Of a DNA stretch of 42,065 nt, positions 33,681-42,065 are shown in pieces. Position numbers and translations under genes: made by a program. Below the pieces are notes generated by a model. That model searched no databases and was not told where the DNA came from. It saw only the letters and a program-made list of their open reading frames with translations. The number at the start of each line of letters is the position of its first letter. The stretch's first letter is position 1. Source of the stretch: Toensbergia leucococca (taxonomy: Eukaryota); assembly GCA_022813965.1 (NCBI GenBank), contig JALDZS010000197.1, positions 1 through 42,065 on the forward strand, in the 5' to 3' direction.

Positions 33681-36150
33681 ATGCCTGAGTGGCTTCCTAT
33701 CAGATTGACTTCCACGTTGCAAAAGCGGAGCCTTGAGAAACCACATATGATTTCGGAGAAGAAGAAAGCGATCATACATACCTCATACAAGAAAGCAATA
33801 CTATATAGTATCGTGCACATTGCGCCAATTGCGATATGCACAAGCCTTATCGTCATAAACGCAGTCGGACGGTATGTCGGACCAGACTTAAGCTACATGT
33901 CAGGACTATGGACGCCGACGTACACTTTAGCGTTGTTACAATTTGCAGCCAAACTTCTGGTAAACCAATCCCTCATTCTAGCCAGTATGGAGTCTGACCA
34001 AAGTAATTTAGGACCTTCTTGTTGCTGGTAGCCTCACGACCATCGTCTTCCAACTCGTCTGGCATCAAATGTTACACGGCGATGGCTTGTCTCTTACGCT
34101 AATGGTGTCGGCTTTTTCGTTTACGAAGCTAGGGTATTTCTTTTCGCGGTCCGTATGGATGGGCACATTAGGAAGCCCAAGGCCCTGGTTACGCATTTTG
34201 TTTGTTCTTTGCATCCTCCTGTTTGGGCTCATAACCCTGATAGTAGGCCCAGCAAGTGCTCTTCTACTCATTCCAAGGCCGGTGGTAAGTCAATTGAGAG
34301 TGTCTATCTGCAGATAAGCTAACTTTGGTCAAAGGATCAACCGATTTATAACCCCGCATTTTGGCTGAATGGGACTTCTGATGATCTCTGGCCAGTGAAC
34401 CTGACTTCAGCTCACATCGGCGACTTTGTTCAAGCCCAGAATAATGAGACTTGCAGCCTCTCTGCAAGCATCTTTAATGTTGGTTGTGTGTCCATGGGTT
34501 ACCCGAAGATTCTTAATTTTTTCAGTAGCATGCCAGGCTTCTTCTTCCGGGACTGGGAGCTGGTGATGCGTGAGCCAAAATTGATGCGCGTCATAGGCGG
34601 CAAGGAACCAACTGTGAACACTTCCTCAGAAGAAACATGGGCCTTTGCTCCTCATATGGCTACTGCCTTGAGGCAATGGCAGCTTTGGTGGGATCCGTCA
34701 TGGTTTTTCAAATTCAATAGTAACGGTCGTTCATCCACGGTGAACAGCAACATGACTGCCGTAAGGACAGTCTGTCTCCAGCATAATGTCACAACAGACA
34801 CTACAGTCATTGACTTCCCTGACCTCAAAGAGTTCGAAACTTATACCTACAATGGGACTTTGTCTACCACTCTTGGGCCCAATGCTTTCGGACAAGACGG
34901 TCCAGGTTTTAAAGATCCTGATACAGTGAAGACAGTGTGGATCAATAACACAGATGGGGTTTTTACCGCTAAGCTGATTATCATGGAAGCTATGGCCAAT
35001 ACTTCTTCTTCAATCCGCTCCATCCTAGCCTGCGCAGTTGACGCTCGGTGGGCCCAAGCCTCTAGCCAGCAAAGTGATAGGTATTTAAACGCCGCCATCA
35101 CAACCAGAGCTTTGGATCAACGTCCATCCAAGCTACCCAAAAAGAGCTACACGAGTCCAGTCGAATCCCAGGATCATGCATTTCTCCCGAAAAATGGCAG
35201 CTGGCTCCGTATTACGGCCGATCTTGATTTCTTGAATGCTTTAACTCCAGTTGTGCCCTACCTGTCACCAACGCTGAGTCTTACGACACCAGCTTCAACG
35301 ATCAGCAACATATTCATGAGCATGAATTATAGGATTATACCAACGACTAAACATATACTCGATTACAATTACAATTTCTACGAGACTGCTGTTTCCACTT
35401 TGGTCGCCGACGGAATCTCTCGAATAGGCTATTCTCGTCAGCTCGAATCCACAACCTTCTATGCAAATGGTACAAACTATGCACCTGATAATCAAAGTCA
35501 GCAAATAATAAAATCGGGCCCGCCGCCTGACGCGGAGAATTTTACAGAGATGCAATTGGACGGAAATCTCCTGGGCAGTAAGCCACCCTTGCTCGTTCTA
35601 ATATCCAATAACACTCATCTCTAAACTTTCCCTGGTTGATACACTTATTACCCAATCTCCTTCTTACCATAACGAATAATGCTAACACCGCTTCCTCCTC
35701 TCAGTCTACGCCTTCAAAGCCCGTACGCCAACAGATTTCGGCGCCATAGCCGTCCTGGCACTTTACATTGTCATCGCTACCATACACACTGCTCATACCA
35801 TCTTCCGTCGCCGTACCTTGAGCGCTTGGCAGCGCCTAGAAGATTTCGCCGCACTACTGATAAACTCGCGTCAAGCCCCTCTAGCGTTGGGGGATACATG
35901 CAGCGGCATCGAATGCGCGGCTACACGGGCTAAGGCGGCGAGAATTGTTGTCGTAGGGCATGGCAGCACGGAAGGTGGAGTCGGGAGTAGGCATAAGGAT
36001 ATTGAGGACTCGGGTGGTTTGGAGGAGCAGAAGGAGATGGAGTGTCTGGGAGAGGAAGAGGTACAGCTGATTTTTGTGGAGGAGGCGGCGAATGGGTCGA
36101 GGAGTTTGGGAAGGGTCGAGCCGGACGTCAAGTATGGGAAGCTTGATTAG
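33681..36150 (+). CDS. Four-exon fungal integral membrane glycoprotein of unknown function
   Basis: Three GT..AG introns (33960-34011, ~34285-34334, 35578-35704) join the ORFs in frame. N-terminal TM helices (ALLQFAAKLL-DLLVAGSL; GPASALLLIPR), a large N-x-S/T-rich loop (CAVDARW, VADGISRIG) and a C-terminal TM (AIAVLALYIVIATIH). Confidence 0.8.
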
Positions 36151-36939
36151 TTTGGTTTATGAGAAACGCTATTTATAGAGTAATGTATAATGTTCATGAA
36201 ACGTGTCTCAATCGACGGAACCTTTGGGATGGCTCTACTTCGCCTTGTGTAATATAGAGGTATGTCTCTACTAGAATAGCAATCAAGAAGTATTCAACTT
36301 TACGACGCCAACACCTCCGTTTCTGATTCGGTAGCTACAACCCAGCACTATGTAATTTCCAATCTCGCTAAACGTGAATGAGATACTGTTAGACAATCAG
36401 TATGCTGCTTACCCTGTTTGCTGCATTCCATTATCTGGATTTCTTTCTCTATGTTCTAGCGCATTCCATCACCACTGTTTCCTCTGCCCAGATGTAGAAC
36501 ACCATTATGTATATCAGGACGCTCATTCCCATAGAGTCTGCCTCCTCAGGGTGAGCACATTCCATAGATCTCATCCATTAGTTGCATCGCAGTAGCCCTC
36601 CAACAGATACATTCACTATCCCAAATCAGATTCAGATAGTTCAGCCGCACTTCACCTCTGGCATAATATTTAAGACCCAGGACAAGGTAATTGATTCCCG
36701 TGCTAACTGTAGGTACCTGGACGGATTTGACAAGATACACAAATTAAATAGATATCTATAGTACTTGAATGAATCGAGTTATGAATGTGTTGCTTGCACC
36801 TAAGTACTAACTGCGCTAGAATTGCACGCAGCGAAGAGCTAGCGGAACTGAGTACATTCTCCTAATGCTATCAGATAAGCCGTTGCACCCTGAATCCCGC
36901 TGAGGGTCCACGTTCTATATTACAGATGAGCGCGGCTCG

Positions 36940-36958
36940 ATTGATTGATTGATTGATT
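36940..36958. repeat. (GATT)n microsatellite, possibly the 3' tail of a minus-strand non-LTR element remnant
   Basis: attgattgattgattgatt lies next to a non-coding, increasingly TpA-rich segment. Confidence 0.6.
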
Positions 36959-37169
36959 AAGTCACTCTTACTCGGCAGGTGTCAAAGACCTAGCGCGGCG
37001 AAGCAATAGCATCATAGAAGGTTTCCAGCCCTGGATTGATACCTAATCTATCTGCGACCAGCCCCAAACCCGGGGGCTCCTACCTCTATATGATGCGCCT
37101 AGGGTCCTAGTCCCTCAGAGGCAAAACGTGGAATGAAAAGGCCAAAATCGTCAAAATTTCCAAAGTCAA

Positions 37170-38160
37170 AAATCCTACATTAGTATGGTCATTTCAGCTC
37201 AACCGTTATTCTTACTAGAGTTACAACGGCTGTTAAATTAAACTCCACCCTTTAAATACCGCCCATAGACCTCCTATTATAAACGGGAGATTCAAAAATA
37301 CCTTATTGCCAATCCCTTATAAACGCGGCTCTAGTTTAGAACTAGAGCATGTTAAAATATGGGGTTTTGAACATCGTTGATTGTATGAGTGAAGAAGCTC
37401 TGTGAGAGCTCTGCAGTTGATATCCTCCTGCCAAGCCTTCGCTGACTCAGCTTCGCTAAGTCAGCTTAGTCTTGCTGTAGGATTCCGACATATAAAACCT
37501 TCTAATGTCCCTCCACTGGTGACGGAAAACCCTCCATGCCGGAAAATCTCATAGGTACTTTGACTTTGAGCGACTATGACTTTACTTACATGTCGAGCTT
37601 CACTAATGTAAGGTGTATATCGAGTATTATGGCTACTCTGGAACATTGAGAACATACCGACCTGAAAATTACATTCGTATCGTTATTATCTCATCCAGTT
37701 CATTTAGAGCCTTCTCTTTTGGCAAAACAATCTTGAATTGCTACAGTACTACGATAAAGTCTTACCTACTTGCTAAGTGTATACAAAGGTTTAATCCTCG
37801 CTTTAAAGCGTTATAACGTTGGTTGGAAGTTATTATCAGCTTTGTGCCCACCGTTATACGCAAATTAACATTTTTTACTGTTTTATCAGTTACTACAAGG
37901 TTTGTTAAAATGTGACAAAAAACAGTTTTAATAACCATGGTCAAATGTGATCATCTTATCTTACAATCATGTTGATAAACCAGAGCAATGAGCAGGCGAG
38001 CTTACAAACCCCAAGCGCCATTCTAATAAGTATTACATAATTGACCTGTCCTAATTCTCAACGAATAGATAGGGGCATAACTATGTTAAGTACTCATTAT
38101 TTCTCACTCAACACACGCAACCGCTATAAAAGTGATTCTAATTCCTGTTGGTATATCAAT
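37170..38160. other. AT/TpA-rich, RIP-like degraded segment
   Basis: Visibly enriched in TA/TAA/TAG compared with the flanking genes; only short, stop-interrupted ORFs; 9-bp hairpin GCTCTAGTT-tag-AACTAGAGC at 37328-37348. Composition judged by eye. Confidence 0.5.
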
Positions 38161-38169
38161 ATGCTGTTC

Positions 38170-41100
38170 TTATGATGACTTGGAGGTACCAACCCTAATC
38201 TCATCTGTCATGTTCGCGTGTTCAGCTTTTGATATTTGGGACACCGAAATATCTGCAATTAGGATTTTATTTCTTTGCCGAGCTTTAATCATCTTGACAA
38301 AGACGTCAGCTTTATGTTCAATTGAAAGCTTATAGAGCTGTTGTATGACAAACCTCCTCAATTGAATCCTTGACGATATAACGAAGAATGACCACATCTT
38401 TCTTTTGATCCAGTCGATCAACACGCGCAGCGGCTTGAGCCTCAACCATGGGATTCCACTGAGGCTCTACAAGATGTACATATGTTGCAGCCGTCAAGTT
38501 CAGTCTGTTCACGGTCAGATTTAATCTTGATGATCCGGGACCTAGATTAAGTCACAAACCCTACTGAGCCACTCCCAGTGGAGAGCAAGATTACTTTCAG
38601 GTCAGGTTCTACCTGAAATCTATTGATGGTTGATCTTCTCTGCTCAAGGGATAGACTACCATCAATACGAACATAGGACATCCCACGGTCTGATAAAGCC
38701 AATTCCAACCTGTCTAGAGTTGTGGTCCAGCATGAAAAGACAAGACTAGAAGACAATCAGGTTCAACCCAGTCTAAGATGAGTGTCGCTGATCTTACCTC
38801 TTAATAGGTGAAAAATCAGGATTGAATTTCCGCTCAAGCTTGATAAGGTTATGAAGAACCTTCTCTATCTTTGAGGGTAGCTCAATATTTGCCGCCATTC
38901 TTTCATCTCGATTCATGTCAACGTCGTTATCGTTATCGGTACTACCCATACTCATGTGAGATAAAACTGCGCCGGGCTCATTGCATATGCCACATTTGCG
39001 AGGTGACAGTTCGTCGATGATGTCAGGACTAGTATTCTGCTCAAATGTGCATTCAGAACACAGTTGATGTCTACAAGTGGCCTTGAATGTCCTATTGGAT
39101 ATCAACGGCGAAGGAAAGATATCTCCGCATTTCTCACAATTACATGTCCTGGTTTGAGGCTCCTGTTGATCAACAAGGCCTGATGTGAATACGCGCTTAG
39201 AAATTCCATGACTGCACACTTGCCTCAACAAAATTATGGATGACAGTAGCTTATGAGCAGGCGTTTGGGTACCGATCTTCAAGAGGTTCTTGCGAGCTTG
39301 AGTACGAGTTGAGATGTATTGTTGCCGCTCAGCCTGAGACAGAGTGACCCATGTCACGTACTCCGATCTGCGCTGGTTGCCGCAAATCTTCCTGGATCTT
39401 CTCAAAGCAATAGCTTTCATGATCAACCGAAGATTCAACAGCCCTCGTTCATCCTCTTTACCTAAAAGCTCTGAGATATAGCGTCGTGCATTTGAGCGAT
39501 CCTCAATTGGATAGGCCCGTAAGAACTCAGTGAGGGAGAAGAGGTCATCAAGCTTGTTCTGTACGGGTGTTCCTGTAAGACACCATCGCCTTTGAGACTC
39601 AAGGTTCATAATAGTTTGAAAAACCTTTGTGGAGCGATTTCGTATGTGATGCGCTGTTTGCTCCGGAGTGAATTAGCGATATAATTACTTGAGGTTTCCA
39701 AAGAATTCGTTACCTGCCTTCGTCTAGTACAACACGAAACCATGATATTGCCTGCAGAGTTCCACGTTTATTTGAATCCAAAGAAACACTTTCATAGGTT
39801 GTCAGCACAACATCATTGTCCGCGACTTCATGGTAATCCATGTTAGTTCCTTCGCCATGATACAAATGTACCTTTAAGACATCGTGACAAACATGGCTGC
39901 AAAGTCAGTCCAGATCTCCTTTCGATTCAAGTAAGATATGTCACCTTTTGATTTGTATTTCCCAGTTATATAGAGCTAGATTCGAACGGTTAGCAGGAAG
40001 TAGAAGGAGTGAGAGAAGTGAAGGGGGCCGGTACTAGACTTAGGTGCAACGATGAGAGTTGCTTTCGACCAGTGTCGTCCTCTTCGCACATGAAAAATTT
40101 TCTCTTGATATCCACGGGCTGAAGACCGCGCCTCGTCTAAAAAATGTATGATGAGTGCGAGAAGTGTAAGTGATTTCCCCATTCCCATTTCATCTGCCAG
40201 AATACCACCACGGCACTCACATGGCCTCATGGATTGCTTCTCTCGCGTGATTTTATGAACAAAGCTATAGAACTATAAGTTGATCAAAAAGACAAGGTGC
40301 AAAATAGCTCTGGTACATACCCATTTTCACCGTACAGGTTAATAGGTTCCCATAAAGACAGCTCTTCATCGTGTACAGACTCACCTTCTCTTGTGATCAT
40401 AAACTGCAAAGCTGCCATCTGGTGGCTAGAGGATCGCCAGCTATGTCAGTAACTTGCCATCATGAAAGATGTTAGAAAAGCTCGGACCTGTGGAGAATTG
40501 TCCGTACTCTCCTATCTTGACTCAGTCCATAGGGCGGCGTAACTACATCTGAACAGCCAAACAGCACATCAATCTCCTTGGTGAAATCAAATGAAGACGG
40601 ATGATATGATCTTCGAAATCGAGGCGTCGCTACCTCATCTTCCCATGAAAGAACATGAGGGTTGCGGTAAATGGATTTTGGATCAAGATGAGCTGGTTCT
40701 TGTAGAAACATAGAAGCTTTTGATAGAGTAGAACCGACATTGTCCATAAGGACTTCGTGTCCATAAACATTGATCTGAAGTGAGAGGATGGATGCTCCCA
40801 TTTTCACTTGATCCTGGTCCAGAACGAGTTCAAGCCTGATAGACGGAATGGCCGTTCTTAGCGCCGTCAAGGCATCCGAGGTCTTGATGTCAAGAACTCC
40901 AAACTCTTCCGATGTAGGGAGCACCACTGTGGTTGAATCTGCTCTAAAACGGAGTTGCATTACGCCGCGTTTCCCTGGTGGAGAGCTAGCACTCTTGTGT
41001 GCCGTTGAATGTTTGAGAGGCGGGAGTGGAGCGACTTTGACATCCGCAAGCTATGAAATTAGGTTTAGATCTTGTCCAACTCTGGTAAACCATGTGATAC

Positions 41101-41432
41101 CTCACCATGCCAAAACATATCTCTATCTGTTCAGAGCTATTCCTGATGCTGCCGCTCACAGTTGTAGTTTGATGATTAGTTATCGGGATTGGGCTTCTAT
41201 CTAAAGAAGATGAAGTGCCGGACACGGTAGCTGACGTCAAAGGTGTTGATGATTCGAATTCCTTACTCATCATATTTCTGTAAGATCCATCGTTCTGCCT
41301 GTTATAAATTACTGATGAATGCAATTCAACAGATTTTGCTACTGACTGAACCCTTCTTTTGTTTGAAATATTTGAAAATTCGTTGAATGCGGTATTGCAA
41401 TCATGAGGGAAGGTTCTTTTCAGGGCCGACAT
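38170..41432 (-). CDS. SNF2-family helicase with internal C3HC4 RING (Rad5/Rad16-like architecture), multi-exon, one GC-AG intron (39717-39654)
   Basis: Motifs RGGILADEMGMGKS, ATLIVAPKS, WFRVVLDE-AHHIRN, RWCLTGTPVQNKLDDL, RING CEKC...CRHQLCSEC...CGIC, SLVFSCW, YVRIDGS, LNLTAA.YVHLVEPQWNPMVEAQAAARVDRLDQ. Confidence 0.93.
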
Positions 41433-41890
41433 TGCTGTTATCTAGCACCATGAATTCTGTGAGAATTCCGACAGACGTTAATATGTAGGTACTATGTTTC
41501 TCTTGAGTATTTGATGAGTCAATGACATTGATTAGAGATACAGGACATGGCACTTGTGAGGCGCAGTACAATGAACGCTTTCTGCTTCAGTGACGTAGCA
41601 TATATTTGAGTTTGTGTCTGCCTTATGACAGCGCCCAGGTTGCAGACTGCAGGCTACTGCGCTTATAGCATTGCCTCAGCCCCCACAGACTTTTTGTTTC
41701 AGATTTTGACCTTCCCACCAATACAGCGAATATACTCAGGATGACCAGTAAACGCAAACGTCAAACCAGACATTTCTGACCAAGTTCATTCCCATTTGGT
41801 CCTTTAATACAAAATATTACCGTATATCTTTGGTCTTCTCTGCTCTATGCATGTCTGACGCAGCCTGCCCGCGTAATTGATAGATTAATT

Positions 41891-42065
41891 ATGGCAGACC
41901 AGTCAACTTCATCTGCTTTCTCCCGCGTCCTTCAAGCCTTTCAGACTCGTCTTTCATTATGGGACATTGATAATTTTCGATTTACAACCTTTGAAGACCT
42001 AAGAGATGCTATCAAAGATATACAGGAGGAACAAGCAGGACGACAGGGGTTGCGGAATTTGAACA
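41891..42065 (+). CDS. 5' end of a probable NACHT-type NLR (helical N-terminal domain, DUF7708/Goodbye-like); runs off the window
   Basis: MADQSTSSAFSRVLQAFQTRLSLWDIDNFRFTTFEDLRDAIKDIQEEQAGRQGLRNLN fits the F..TT..DL...I..IQ.EQ.....RNL pattern I recognise at the N-termini of fungal NACHT proteins. Only 58 codons are visible. Confidence 0.65.
   Translation, partial: MADQSTSSAFSRVLQAFQTRLSLWDIDNFRFTTFEDLRDAIKDIQEEQAGRQGLRNLN

Noticed and set aside
38170..41432. Gene symbol RAD5/RAD16
   Set aside because: The architecture is similar but orthology cannot be established; an accessory paralogue is more likely.
1..42065. Starship captain (DUF3435 tyrosine recombinase), Spok meiotic-drive genes, tRNA/rRNA genes
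   Set aside because: No recognisable motifs for any of these. The APH-like kinases lack the long N-terminal coiled-coil/nuclease region expected of Spok proteins.

Overview
Eukaryotic sequence from a filamentous ascomycete (Pezizomycotina): genes have short 42-64 nt introns with CTAAC/CTGAC branch sites. It looks like an accessory, rearranged region with no core housekeeping genes. In order it holds: the 3' end of a gene with near-identical ankyrin repeats, joined to a decayed TPR repeat; two oppositely oriented, broken chromodomain genes; a truncated IS630/Tc1-type transposase; an NB-ARC fragment; a DUF6540-like permuted-papain protein; two APH/choline-kinase-like phosphotransferases; a frameshifted bZIP; a C2H2 protein; a RasGEF(Cdc25)-like protein; a fungal AAA ATPase with an apparently dead splice acceptor; a FunK1 kinase plus an orphan C-lobe copy; a RING-H2/ankyrin protein; a membrane protein; a RIP-like AT-rich patch; a SNF2/RING (Rad5/Rad16-like) helicase; and the start of a probable NACHT-type NLR. 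This resembles Starship or accessory-chromosome cargo, but no tyrosine-recombinase captain or element boundary is visible, so that call is inference. The most striking unexplained structure is a CArG-box-containing palindromic motif (CCCAAATTTGGGAGTTTG). It occurs three times at an exact 48-bp period in one divergent promoter and once in the neighbouring one, within a run of six head-to-head gene pairs. All family assignments come from motif recognition by eye; no searches were run.
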